Shown piece after piece: positions 1 through 11,864 of a DNA stretch of 64,000 nt. Position 1 is the stretch's first letter; each line of letters begins with the position of its first letter. The stretch is taken from positions 215,636,001 to 215,700,000 of the forward strand of contig NC_091288.1 in assembly GCF_032444005.1 (NCBI RefSeq), written 5' to 3'. The notes under the pieces are model-generated. The model did not search any database and was not told the DNA's origin. It worked only from the letters and a program-made list of their open reading frames with translations. This DNA is from Ranitomeya imitator (taxonomy: Eukaryota). A program made the translations under genes and the position numbers.

Positions 1-3000
1 GAAGACAGGAGTCTGGAGGAGGAAGACAGGAGTCTGGAGGAGGAAGACAGGAGTCTGGAGGAGGAAGACAGGAGTCTGGAGGAGGAAGACAGGAGTCTGG
101 AGGAGGAAGACAGGAGTCTGGAGGAGGAAGACAGGAGTCTGGAGGAGGAAGACAGGAGTCTGGAGGAGGAAGACAGGAGTCTGGAGGAGGAAGACAGGAG
201 TCTGGAGGAGGAAGACAGGAGTCTGGAGGAGGAAGACAGGAGTCTGGAGGAGGAAGACAGGAGTCTGGAGGAGGAAGACAGGAGTCTGGAGGAGGAAGAC
301 AGGAGTCTGGAGGAGGAAGACAGGAGTCTGGAGGAGGAAGACAGGAGTCTGGAGGAGGAAGACAGGAGTCTGGAGGAGGAAGACAGGAGTCTGGAGGAGG
401 AAGACAGGAGTCTGGAGGAGGAAGACAGGAGTCTGGAGGAGGAAGACAGGAGTCTGGAGGAGGAAGACAGGAGTCTGGAGGAGGAAGACAGGAGTCTGGA
501 GGAGGAAGACAGGAGTCTGGAGGAGGAAGACAGGAGTCTGGAGGAGGAAGACAGGAGTCTGGAGGAGGAAGACAGGAGTCTGGAGGAGGAAGACAGGAGT
601 CTGGAGGAGGAAGACAGGAGTCTGGAGGAGGAAGACAGGAGTCTGGAGGAGGAAGACAGGAGTCTGGAGGAGGAAGACAGGAGTCTGGAGGAGGAAGACA
701 GGAGTCTGGAGGAGGAAGACAGGAGTCTGGAGGAGGAAGACAGGAGTCTGGAGGAGGAAGACAGGAGTCTGGAGGAGGAAGACAGGAGTCTGGAGGAGGA
801 AGACAGGAGTCTGGAGGAGGAAGACAGGAGTCTGGAGGAGGAAGACAGGAGTCTGGAGGAGGAAGACAGGAGTCTGGAGGAGGAAGACAGGAGTCTGGAG
901 GAGGAAGACAGGAGTCTGGAGGAGGAAGACAGGAGTCTGGAGGAGGAAGACAGGAGTCTGGAGGAGGAAGACAGGAGTCTGGAGGAGGAAGACAGGAGTC
1001 TGGAGGAGGAAGACAGGAGTCTGGAGGAGGAAGACAGGAGTCTGGAGGAGGAAGACAGGAGTCTGGAGGAGGAAGACAGGAGTCTGGAGGAGGAAGACAG
1101 GAGTCTGGAGGAGGAAGACAGGAGTCTGGAGGAGGAAGACAGGAGTCTGGAGGAGGAAGACAGGAGTCTGGAGGAGGAAGACAGGAGTCTGGAGGAGGAA
1201 GACAGGAGTCTGGAGGAGGAAGACAGGAGTCTGGAGGAGGAAGACAGGAGTCTGGAGGAGGAAGACAGGAGTCTGGAGGAGGAAGACAGGAGTCTGGAGG
1301 AGGAAGACAGGAGTCTGGAGGAGGAAGACAGGAGTCTGGAGGAGGAAGACAGGAGTCTGGAGGAGGAAGACAGGAGTCTGGAGGAGGAAGACAGGAGTCT
1401 GGAGGAGGAAGACAGGAGTCTGGAGGAGGAAGACAGGAGTCTGGAGGAGGAAGACAGGAGTCTGGAGGAGGAAGACAGGAGTCTGGAGGAGGAAGACAGG
1501 AGTCTGGAGGAGGAAGACAGGAGTCTGGAGGAGGAAGACAGGAGTCTGGAGGAGGAAGACAGGAGTCTGGAGGAGGAAGACAGGAGTCTGGAGGAGGAAG
1601 ACAGGAGTCTGGAGGAGGAAGACAGGAGTCTGGAGGAGGAAGACAGGAGTCTGGAGGAGGAAGACAGGAGTCTGGAGGAGGAAGACAGGAGTCTGGAGGA
1701 GGAAGACAGGAGTCTGGAGGAGGAAGACAGGAGTCTGGAGGAGGAAGACAGGAGTCTGGAGGAGGAAGACAGGAGTCTGGAGGAAGACAGGAGTCTGGAG
1801 GAAGACAGGAGTCTGGAGGAAGACAGGAGTCTGGAGGAAGACAGGAGTCTGGAGGAAGACAGGAGTCTGGAGGAAGACAGGAGTCTGGAGGAAGACAGGA
1901 GTCTGGAGGAAGACAGGAGTCTGGAGGAAGACAGGAGTCTGGAGGAAGACAGGAGTCTGGAGGAAGACAGGAGTCTGGAGGAAGACAGGAGTCTGGAGGA
2001 AGACAGGAGTCTGGAGGAAGACAGGAGTCTGGAGGAAGACAGGAGTCTGGAGGAAGACAGGAGTCTGGAGGAAGACAGGAGTCTGGAGGAAGACAGGAGT
2101 CTGGAGGAAGACAGGAGTCTGGAGGAAGACAGGAGTCTGGAGGAAGACAGGAGTCTGGAGGAAGACAGGAGTCTGGAGGAAGACAGGAGTCTGGAGGAAG
2201 ACAGGAGTCTGGAGGAAGACAGGAGTCTGGAGGAAGACAGGAGTCTGGAGGAAGACAGGAGTCTGGAGGAAGACAGGAGTCTGGAGGAAGACAGGAGTCT
2301 GGAGGAAGACAGGAGTCTGGAGGAAGACAGGAGTCTGGAGGAAGACAGGAGTCTGGAGGAAGACAGGAGTCTGGAGGAAGACAGGAGTCTGGAGGAAGAC
2401 AGGAGTCTGGAGGAAGACAGAGGAGTCTGGAGGAAGACAGAGGAGTCTGGAGGAAGACAGAGGAGTCTGGAGGAAGACAGAGGAGTCTGGAGGAAGACAG
2501 AGGGGTCTGGAGGAAGACAGAGGGGTCTGGAGGAGGACAGAGGGGTCTGGAGGAGGACAGAGGAGTGTGGAGGAAGACAGAGGAGTGTGGAGGAGGACAG
2601 AGGAGTGTGGAGGAGGACAGAGGAGTGTGGAGGAGGACAGAGGAGTGTGGAGGAGGACAGAGGAGTGTGGAGGAGGACAGAGGAGTGTGGAGGAGGACAG
2701 AGGAGTGTGGAGGAGGACAGAGGAGTGTGGAGGAGGACAGAGGAGTGTGGAGGAGGACAGAGGAGTGTGGAGGAGGACAGAGGAGTGTGGAGGAGGACAG
2801 AGGAGTGTGGAGGAAGACAGGAGTGTGGAGGAAGACAGGAGTGTGGAGGAAGACAGGAGTGTGGAGGAAGACAGAGGAGTCTGGAGGAGGACAGAGAAGT
2901 ATCGATGGGAGAGAGGGTTCTGGAGGGGACAGAGGAATCTGGATGGGACTGAAGGTTCTGGAGGAGGACAGAGGAGTCTGATAGGAACAGAGGAGTCTGG

Positions 3001-3120
3001 AGGAGGATAGAGGAGTCTCGATGGGACAGAGGGTTCTGAAGGAGGACTGAGGCATCTGACAGGAACAGAGGAGGACACAGGTGTCTGGAGGAGGACAGAG
3101 GAGTCTGGATGGGACTGAGG
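1..3120. repeat. Purine-rich minisatellite; unit changes from 21 bp to 18 bp to 20 bp
   Basis: GAAGACAGGAGTCTGGAGGAG repeated to ~1780, GAAGACAGGAGTCTGGAG to ~2415, then GAAGACAGAGGAGTCTGGAG and GAGGACAGAGGAGTGTGGAG variants that decay after ~2880. Confidence 0.97.
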
Positions 3121-3137
3121 AATCTGGATAGGACTGA

Positions 3138-3308
3138 GGCTGCCGTCACACTATCAGTATTTTACATCAGTATTTGTAGCCAAAACCAGGAGTGGGTGAT
3201 AAATACAGAAGTTGTGCAGATGTTTCTATTATACTTTTCCTCTAATTGTTCCACTCCTGGTTTTGGCTACAAATACTGATGTAAAATACTGCGAGTGTGA
3301 TGGCAGCC
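3138..3308. mobile_element. Palindromic MITE, PIF/Harbinger (Tourist-like) type
   Basis: Termini GGCTGCCGTCACAC / GTGTGATGGCAGCC; internal inverted repeat CAGTATTTGTAGCCAAAACCAGGAGTGG; flanked by the 3-mers TGA / TAA. Confidence 0.8.
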
Positions 3309-4007
3309 TAAGGTTCTGGAGGAGGACAGAGGCGTCTGAGGGAGGACAGAGAAGTCTGGAGAGGACAGAGGGGTCTGTTGGGGAAATGTTGCAGAATTTT
3401 ACAAATATATACTGTATGTAACACAAGAACCTGATTTAATCCCTTGGTCACCATCTGTTGACGTTCTCCTTGAACCCTCCTCCCCTTATTGCCACTTATG
3501 CTGAGTAGTTGGACAGACTGGTGATGGACACATTGCCTGACAACCCCCACACACAGCACTGTAGTTGTCGGCTTCTGTATAGCGCACTGTCCGTCCTGTC
3601 TCGGATTCTTCCCGACATGGCGGAGTGCACAGAGGACACCGCTGTTCGGTCACTTTTCGCTTTATCAGAATTTGGAGATGTGAAAATCGTGTATTAGACC
3701 TGTAACCGCCCGAGATATTGATAACCCACAAGCCAAAAAAACAGACAAAACTATGATTTTATCATTAAAGTGCGGAAAAGCGGGGCGACAACCAATAAAG
3801 TGCTAATATAACGTCCGCAGTTGTCACACAGCTTTCCCTGATTCCTGAATGACAGATCTGCGTATGATTTCATGGTGGTTGTCCATTCACGATACTGGAG
3901 CAGAGCTGCAATACCAGACACAGCCTGAGGGCAGTGGTGGTGCTGTTTACGAGGTGGTAGTTGTGCCGAGATCGCTTCCCATGGCGGTCAGGGGGATTAT
4001 TACCTAC

Positions 4008-4232
4008 CTGACAGGTGAGCATCGCCGGGAGCGTCGTCCGCGGAGCAGGAGTAATTGCTGGACGTGTTGTCAGGAGCGAGCCGTACCGTCAGGACGTTGG
4101 TATCTAACATGAGGATGATGGGAGTCATCCCCAGCAGCACCCACGAGCCGTTGCTGCGCTCCTCCATCTGCAGCTTCAGCACCAGCGGGACGGGAGCGGA
4201 GGAGTGATGTCCGCAGGGCAGAAAGGTGGAAC
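4008..4232 (-). CDS. Ig-like domain exon (exon 2) of a candidate CD19-like cell-surface receptor
   Basis: Minus-strand acceptor CCCGTCTCTGCAG| and donor |GTAGGT; 225 nt, phase 1-1, open: (G)STFLPCGHHSSAPVPLVLKLQMEERSNGSWVLLGMTPIILMLDTNVLTVRLAPDNTSSNYSCSADDAPGDAHLS. Two Cys, a Y-x-C motif and three N-glycosylation sequons; splices in frame to the exon at 6462-6549. Confidence 0.65.
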
Positions 4233-5009
4233 CTGCAGAGACGGGAGCAGATCATTTACACAATTACACAATGATCATTCCGCGCCAAGAATTGTATTTG
4301 CAGCTTCGGATGTGAGCGGAGGATATAAAATGACGGAACTCGAGATCCTACGTCCTACGTACCATCATACGACAGCGACACCCTATTCTGTGGGGGGACG
4401 TATTCGTGAACGTATTTCTTACATGTTAAATAGGGAAACCATCAGCAAGCTTGAAACTGATTTAGGTTCTTATTCCAGCTGTGACCTGTAGAAAGTCCCA
4501 GAAGAGCCCAGGTCGTGTGAAAGGGTCGAGGACAACACACTGATCTCTGGGGACCCCCAGAAATCTGGAGAATGGGGCTCGGGGTCCTGCATACTCGACC
4601 ACCGCTCCGATCATGGTGTATGGGGTTGTTGGAAGTAGCGGAGCGCTGCGCATTGTCCCATACAAAGGCTTCCAGGATCCAGGGCCGCTGGACGTCACTG
4701 TGTAACCCCCTATACTATGTATATTTGCTAACTTTTAATTTATGGCATATCCCTTTAAGATACAAGTAGCCCCGAACAGGACACGCAAGGGCCACATGAT
4801 TCTGCCCGGACTATCAGCCCATCAGATCCACATCTATTCCCGGCAGAATACACTCAAATTCCTAAAAACAGAAGCAGATCTGTCAGCACCTGCTTGCTGA
4901 TGGTTTCCACTTTTTCGAACATTACACAAAATAAAGAAAATTTATAGAAAACCAGGAGGCAGATGAAGATGTTACAAGAAGAAAAATAACCTTACCCAGA
5001 TCACCCCAA

Positions 5010-6435
5010 ATTCCCAGGATAGGGATCGTTAGGAAAGTGATGTCAGAGCGAATCCTAGATTATGGGAGAGAAGGGATCATACCAGCATACCATAGGAAGC
5101 AAGACAGAGTAGGGATCATTGTAGGGATCATTAGGAAGGTGATGTAATAGTTCTTGTTTAATTTTTATTTTGGAGAGTAGTGATCATTGCAGAATGTCAC
5201 GCTGAGCATGACAGCATAGGGATCACTACGGGGGTAACTAGGCAGGCTCTCCATTATGGAGAGTAGGGATCATCACAGATTACCGCAGAGAATATGATAA
5301 AGTAGGGATTGTTGACCAGATGATGTCAGGAATAGTCTTAGGTTATAGAGAGTAGGGATTATCAAAGAATAAAACTGTAAGCATGACAAGGTAAGAATTA
5401 TTACTGGGTTGATTAGACAGATGAGTACAGAGAGTAGGGATCATCCTATCATACCATAGAAAGCAGGACAGGATAGGGATCAATAAGGTGATGGGCGTAG
5501 GGATCATTGCAGAATGCCACACCGAGCATGATCGCATAGTGACCATTAGAGGGGTCACTAGGTAGATGATGGTAGTAATAGTTCTACATTATGGAAAGTA
5601 GGGATCATCCCAGTATCTTTAAAATAACCAGAAAGTAAAGCCCATAATAATGTATACTGTTTATTTATTTATTTTTACAATGCAAAGCGTGGAAAGAGTA
5701 GGGATCATAGGGTGGGCAGAAAAAAAGGGACCTGGACTTTGTAGGAAGAGTAGGGAACACCGTAGGCAATACATCACATAGGGTTTTACAGATTATCATA
5801 GAGTAGATAGAAAAAAGGGAGCATGATAAAGCGGGAAGAGTAGGGAACGCTGTAGGTAATGCGTAACAGCTTCATCTCCGCATATTTCTACAGATTGTTG
5901 CAGTGTAGGAAGAGTAGGGATCATCGCAGCATTGAAAGTGCACAGAATGGATCATTTCAGAATACAGAACAAAAAGAGAATAATATTGCAGGGGAATTTG
6001 AGATTGTTACAGAAATCAGGGAATTTGAGATTGTTAGGGATCGTCATCACATAGGGATCATTATGGGGACCACATCATGTAGGTCTATTAGATGGAATGA
6101 GAATCATATTTTATAGGCCAGCGATCCTATTAGTGTGGAGAGTAGGGATCATCATTTTGGAGGACGAGTAGGGAAGGATCATTGTGGGTTACCATGGGGA
6201 AAGGCAGAGTTATTACAGAGGGGTAATGATACTGTAACCAGAGTAGGGACTACCAAATAATTATTACAGTAGGGATCGTCATAGATTGTTGAATATGGAT
6301 CTATAGGATGCGGGAAAGTTATTTCTACAATATCGAGGGCTGATTACTATAAAATGGAAATAACCATAGTAGGGATCAACAAAGAATCCTGAGAGTCGAG
6401 GATTGGAGCATTGGGCTTTTCAGTAGGGATCATCA
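5010..6435 (+). repeat. Degenerate dispersed repeat of the motif (GAG)AGTAGGGATCAT in intron 1 of the receptor gene
   Basis: About 25 same-strand copies of AGTAGGGATCAT-like words at irregular spacing. Confidence 0.7.
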
Positions 6436-6461
6436 CTAGTAGATTTGGGCACATTTCTTAC

Positions 6462-6549
6462 CTTCTGCAGGCACGGTGATAATCCCGCTGTGATCTGGAT
6501 TTTCGGCTGAGCAGGGGATCCCAAGGTAGAGGACAAGGAGGAGCAGCAT
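6462..6549 (-). CDS. First coding exon (signal peptide) of a candidate CD19-like receptor
   Basis: Perfect Kozak GCCACCATG; MLLLLVLYLGIPCSAENPDHSGIITVPAE has a hydrophobic core and a small-residue cleavage region; 88 nt, phase-1 donor AAG|GTAAG; divergent from RABEP2, as CD19 is in mammals. Confidence 0.7.
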
Positions 6550-7584
6550 GGTGGCCCCAGAACTGACAGCGAGTAACTGAGGGCACCGCTCAGCGAGCCA
6601 GAAACACAAAGTCACAGGAGCAGAACATTCTCAACAACTGGGTCCCCTGGGAGGAGCGGCTGCACCTGCAGGGTGGGCTGCAACAAGAACTAAGGGCGTC
6701 CTCAAAAGTCTGAAGATCTCTCATGTGTCAGATTCTCAGCAGAAAACGAAACGAGAAGTTCTGGGAAGTTTAGTCAAATCTAAAGAACAAGACGCATAAG
6801 GGGAACATCACAGGGTAATAATAATCATGAGCTGCAGATCTCACACCGATCACTGAGCGCTAAAGTATCATCTTATAGGTTCCTTAGGCTCAGGCTCGGA
6901 CTGGCCCACTGGAGAACCGGAGGATTCTCCAGTGGGCCCAGGCACTGACACCTGCTGGCATATTGGCCAGCAGCTGCCTAGGGCCTCCACTGCTCCAGGG
7001 GCCCCCCAGCCAGTGGAGTGTCGCTAATAGCGACACACCCAGCTGCTATGGGGCCCCTGAGTCAAGGGGGGCCCTTCTGGTGCCGGAGAGCAGCAGATGG
7101 ACAGGAGCCTGTCCCCGCTGCTAAAGAGAAATTAATATTCACGCTTCCCCATGCCCCCATGGGCGTGGAGAGGCGTGAATACCATTTCACTTTAATGGCA
7201 GGCAGCGTTAGCCGCAGGCTGAGGCTAACACTGCCCGCCGCTGCTGAATGGGGGGCCCCAGAGGTGGGCACCTAAAGTGCGGCGATCCTTGATTGCGATC
7301 CCTGCAGCTTGGGACCAGAGCGGAGCTACAGGGATCCACGCCGTCCTCCTTCCTGCCCGGCACTTCCTGTCTGAATCAGCGCGGCTGGATGACGTCATCA
7401 TTTCAGACAGAAAGTTGCCGGGATGTGCTGCGGCTGCTGGGAACGTGCGGAGAGGTGAGTGGGTGCTGTGTGTGTGTATGCGCAAGTGTGCCTGAATGTG
7501 TGCGGCTGTGTGTGTCTGTGTGTGTGCGTCTCTGCCTCCATGTGTGCAGCTGTGTGTGTGGGGGGGTGAGGCAACGATGGCGGC

Positions 7585-8300
7585 GCTGGAGGAATGATGA
7601 TGGCGCTGGAGGCAATGATGATGGCGCTGGAGGCAATGATGATGGCGCTGGAGGCAATGATGATGGCGCTGGAGGCAATGATGATGGCGCTGGAGGCATT
7701 GATGATGGCGCTGGAGGCATTGATGATGGTGCTGGAGGCAATGATGGTGGTGGGGGCAATGATGATGGTGCTGGATGCAATGATGATGGCGCTGGAGGCA
7801 ATGATGATGGCGCTGGAGGCAATGATGATGGTGCTGGAGGCATTGATGATGGTGGTGGGGGCAATGAGGATGGTGCTGGAGGCAACGATGATGGTGCTGG
7901 AGGCAATGATGATGGTGCTGGGGGCAATGATGATGGTGCTGGGGGCAATGATGATGGTTCTGGAGGCAAGGATGATGGTGGTGTGGGCAAGGATGATGGT
8001 GGTGGGGGCAATGATGATGATGGTGGTGGGGGCAATGATGATGGTGGTGGTGGTGGCGATGATGATGATGGTGCTGGAGGCAATGATGATGGTGGTGGGG
8101 GCAATGATGATGTTGCTCGAGGCAATGATGATGATGACGATGGGGCAATGATGATGGTGGGGAAGAAAGCAATGATGGCTGTGCTGTAAAGGACAAAGAT
8201 GGTAGTGGTGGAAAGGACAATGGTGGTGGGGAAGGAGGCAATGATGGAGGTGGTAATGAGTACAATGGTGGAGGGGGAGAAAAATGATGATGGTGGAGGG
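7585..8300. repeat. 21-bp GATGATGGCGCTGGAGGCAAT minisatellite decaying into (GAT/GGT)n
   Basis: Direct tandem periodicity; explains the low-complexity His/Pro/Met ORFs. Confidence 0.92.
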
Positions 8301-8800
8301 GGCTGCATTATACCTTTTCAGGGGGGCTGCATTATACCCTATGAGGGGGCTACATTATAATTCTGTGGGGGCTGCATCATACTATATGAGGGGAGCTGCA
8401 TTATGCCCTATGAGGGGCTACAGTATATTCTATGGTGGCCTGCCTTACGAGGGGTTGGCATTATACTCTGAGGGGGCTGCATTATATTCTGTGGAGGGGC
8501 AGCATTATTCTCTCAGGTGGCTACATCATACTATTTGAGGGGAGCTGCATTATGCCCTATGAGGGGGCTACATTATATTCTGTGGAGGGGCTGCATTATA
8601 CCTTATGAGGGGGTTGCATTATATTTTGTGGGGTGCTGTATTATACCCTATGAGGGGGGCTGCATTATATTCCATGAGGGAGGCTACATTATATTCTATG
8701 AGGAATCTGCATTATATTCTATGGGGGGCTGCATTATATTCTGTGGGAGGCTACATTATATTCTATGAGGGGGGCTACTTTACATTCTATGAGGGGGCTA
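8300..8800. repeat. Degenerate ~23-27-bp GAGGGGGCTGCATTATATTCTAT minisatellite
   Basis: Recurring GGGGGCTGCATTAT / GGGGGCTACATTAT units. Confidence 0.85.
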
Positions 8801-9054
8801 CCCCAACCCCTGCTACATAATTAAGACATGTACTACCTTATATTATGCCCTGATATTAGTGTGTTTTACCGCACAATTGATGGTCTTGAATGTATTTCTA
8901 TGTAGCTACATAGTGGGCCCCAAGAATGATTTTCTCTGGTGGGCCCAAGGTGCTCCAATCCGACGCTGGCTGAGGTTACAATAAAATATAACATATATAT
9001 ATATTTATAGTACAGGATCCTCCAATCACAACAGGCGAAGTCCCAGCTACCTCC

Positions 9055-9700
9055 GCCCTCTCTGCACAGCTCACCTCCTCCCACTATCTGTATAATGATC
9101 TCTGCACAACTCTTCTCCTCCCACTCTCTGTATAATGATCCCTGCACAGCTCACCTCCTCCAAACTCTCTGTATAATTATCTCTGCACAGCTCTCCTCCT
9201 TCCACTCTCTGTATAATGATCTATGCACAGCTCTCCTCCTCCCTCTCTGTATAATGATCTCTGCACAGCTCTCCTCCTCCCTCTCTGTATAATGATCTCT
9301 GCACAGCTCTCCTCCTCCCACTCTCTGTATAATGATCTCTGCACAGCTCTTCTCCCATTCTCTGTATAATGATCTCTGCACAGCTCTCCTCCTCCCATTC
9401 TCTGTATAATGATCTCTGCACAGCTCTCCTCCTCCCTCTCTGTATAATGATCTCTGCACAGCTCACCTCCTCCCACTCTCTGTATAATGATCTCTGCACA
9501 GCTTACCTCCTCCCATTTTCTGTATAATGATCTCTGCACAGCTCTCCTCCTCACTCTCTGTATAATGATCTCTGCACAGCTCTCCTCCTCCCACTCTCTG
9601 TATAATGATCTCTGCACAGCTCTCCTCCTCCCACTCTCTGTATATTGATCTCTGCACAGCTCTCCTCCTCCCACTCTCTGTATAATAATCTGTGCACAGC
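9055..9700. repeat. ~37-40-bp minisatellite TATAATGATCTCTGCACAGCTCTCCTCCTCCCACTCTCTG
   Basis: About 16 tandem units; one inverted copy at ~10567-10610. Confidence 0.92.
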
Positions 9701-10105
9701 TCACCCCCTAGTGGTGGCTGCAGACAGGATCTTATCATGTATCTCTGTATACAGGGAGCTCCCCCTAGTGGTGGCTGCAGACAGGATCTTATCATGTATC
9801 TCTGTAGACAAGAAGATCCCTCTAGTGGTGGCTGCAGATAGGATCTTATCATGTATCTCTGTATACAGAGAGCTCCCCCTAATGGTGGATGCAGACAGGA
9901 TCTTATAATGTATCTATGTATACAGGGAGCTCCCCCTAGTGGTGGCTGCAGACAGGATCTTATGTATCTCTGTATACAGGGAGCTCCCCCTAGTGGTGGC
10001 TGCAGACAGGATCTTATCATGTATCTCTGTATACAGGGAGCTCCCCCTAGTGGTGGCTGCAGACAGGATCTTATCATGTATCTCTGTATACAGGGAGCTC
10101 CCCCT
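9700..10105 (-). repeat. 56-58-bp satellite containing CCACTAGGGGGAG, reverse orientation
   Basis: About 7 units of GAGCTCCCCCTAGTGGTGGCTGCAGACAGGATCTTATCATGTATCTCTGTATACAG. Confidence 0.92.
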
Positions 10106-10233
10106 ATTTAGTCAGTCGCCAATTGTGCAAGTTCTCCCACTTAAAAACATGAGAGAGGCCTGCAATTGACATCAAAGGTAGACGACAACTATGAGAGTCA
10201 AAAGGAGAAAACAAATCCAGAAAACCAGTATTA
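10105..10233 (+). mobile_element. Short fragment of the Tc1 left end
   Basis: Identical to ~12773-12890 (TTTAGTCAGTCGCCAATTGTGCAAGTTCTCCCAC...AAATCCAGAAAA). Confidence 0.85.
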
Positions 10234-10609
10234 CATGAGGGCGTCGATACTTCCTAATGTGACCTTAAAGAAAAACATAACAGAAAAGCATAAAACAAAC
10301 AAGTAAAAAACATTTGATAAAATAAATTGACAAAAAATAACAAAAATCAGAATAAAGGCGTGAACTGTGAAAAAAGTCATCAAACAAATTACCAAAAATA
10401 GTAGTAAAGTCATCGAAACCGACAATGTGAGGAGGAAATAATGCAAAAATGTACAAACATCAGAGTAATAATAATGTCCCAGCAAACAAGTCTCGGAGCA
10501 GGTGGCCTCAATGGTCTGGAAATGTTCATGGACTTCAGTAGGATAGTGTTGTGAGCATGCTCTTTGAGCTGTGCAGAGATCATTATACAAAGAGTGGGAG
10601 GAGGAGCTC

Positions 10610-11430
10610 CCTGTATACAGATATCTGATAAGATCCTGTCTGCAGCCACCACTAGGGGGAGCTCCCTGTATACAGATATCTGATAAGATCCTGTCTGCAG
10701 TCACCACTAGGGGGAGCTCCCTGTATACAGATATCTGATAAGATCCTGTCTGCAGCCACCACTAGGAGGAGCTCCCTGTATACAGAGATACATGATAAGA
10801 TCCTGTCTGCAGCCACCACTAGGGGGAGCTCCCTGTATACAGAGATACATGATAAGATCCTGTCTGCAGCCACTACTAGGGGGAGCTCCCTGTATACAGA
10901 GATACATGATATGATCCTGTCTGCAGCCACCACTAGGGGGGCTCCCTGTATACAGATATCTGATAAGATCCTGTCTGCAGCCACCACTAGGGGGAGCTCC
11001 CTGTATACAGAGATACATGATAAGACCCTGACTGCAGCCACCACTAGGGGGAGCTCCCTGTATACAAATATCTGATAAGATCCTGTCTGCAGCCACCACT
11101 AGGAGGAGCTCCCTGTATACAGAGATACATGATAAGATCCTGACTGCAGCCACCACTAGGGGGAGCTCCCTGTATACAGAGATACATGATAAGATCCTGT
11201 CTGCGGCCACTACTAGGGGAGCTCCCTGTATACAGAGATACATGATAAGATCCTGTCTGGAGCCACCACTAGGGGGAGCTCCCTGTACACAGAGATACAT
11301 GATAAGATCCTGTCTGTAGCCACCACTAGGGGGCGCTCCCTGTATACAGATACATTATAAGATCCTGACTGCAGCCACCACTAGAGGGAGCTCCCTGTAT
11401 ACAGAGATACATAAGATCCTGTCTGAAGAC
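10610..11430 (+). repeat. 56-58-bp satellite containing CCACTAGGGGGAG, forward orientation
   Basis: About 14 units of CTGCAGCCACCACTAGGGGGAGCTCCCTGTATACAGAGATACATGATAAGATCCTGT. Confidence 0.92.
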
Positions 11431-11864
11431 ACAAAAGAGAATGGTAAAACCAAAAACACTCAGTTTGAAAAAATGTTTGCAGTAATCCGCAAGTGCTAGT
11501 AAAAGATGTAAATAACAGGGTATTTGGTTGATACGTTTTTTGCAAAAAATGTATACTAAGCTGCTCTACCAATCTTCACGGTATACCCATATCAGAGCAG
11601 TCCTAACTAATGTATGCAATCCCTATCTGATGTATTTAAAAACCTGATCATCTGTATATTACCTGTGTGAACAGGGTTCAGAGAGGAAAAATCCATGTGT
11701 GCATACAGGGTAGAACAGCTTTTGTGCAGCTAGCCCAAGAGGAGTGGTGGAACTCCCCAGTCTTGTAGACACAAGAGAACAATCATGGAAACAGGAACAC
11801 ATGGGCTACTTGCACAGTGAACAAGTCTGTAAGAACATGTTCACACACCACCAAGAAACCTGAA

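Larger units (their letters stand above)
6891..8968. mobile_element. Non-autonomous hAT-like DNA transposon with internal tandem repeats
   Basis: Imperfect TIRs CAGGCTCGGACTGG / CCAATCCGACGCTG with sub-terminal GGGCCC motifs; no clean TSD seen. Confidence 0.55.

Noticed and set aside
2565-3010. Overlapping ORFs with repeated EECGGGQR / EEDRGVWR peptides
   Set aside because: Translation of the 20-bp minisatellite; no unique coding content
3308-3731. Possible exon 3 of the CD19-like gene (minus strand, Cys-rich ORFs)
   Set aside because: The best acceptor (TTACAG|GT) hits a stop after about 11 codons in the required phase, and no strong in-phase donor was found
4462-4698. 78-aa minus-strand ORF as an extra exon between exons 1 and 2
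   Set aside because: Weak donor (GTCACA), exit phase incompatible with the next exon, and no recognisable domain
7225-8308. Long His-, Pro-, Met- and Gly/Asp-rich ORFs
   Set aside because: All frames of a 21-bp repeat inside a non-autonomous transposon
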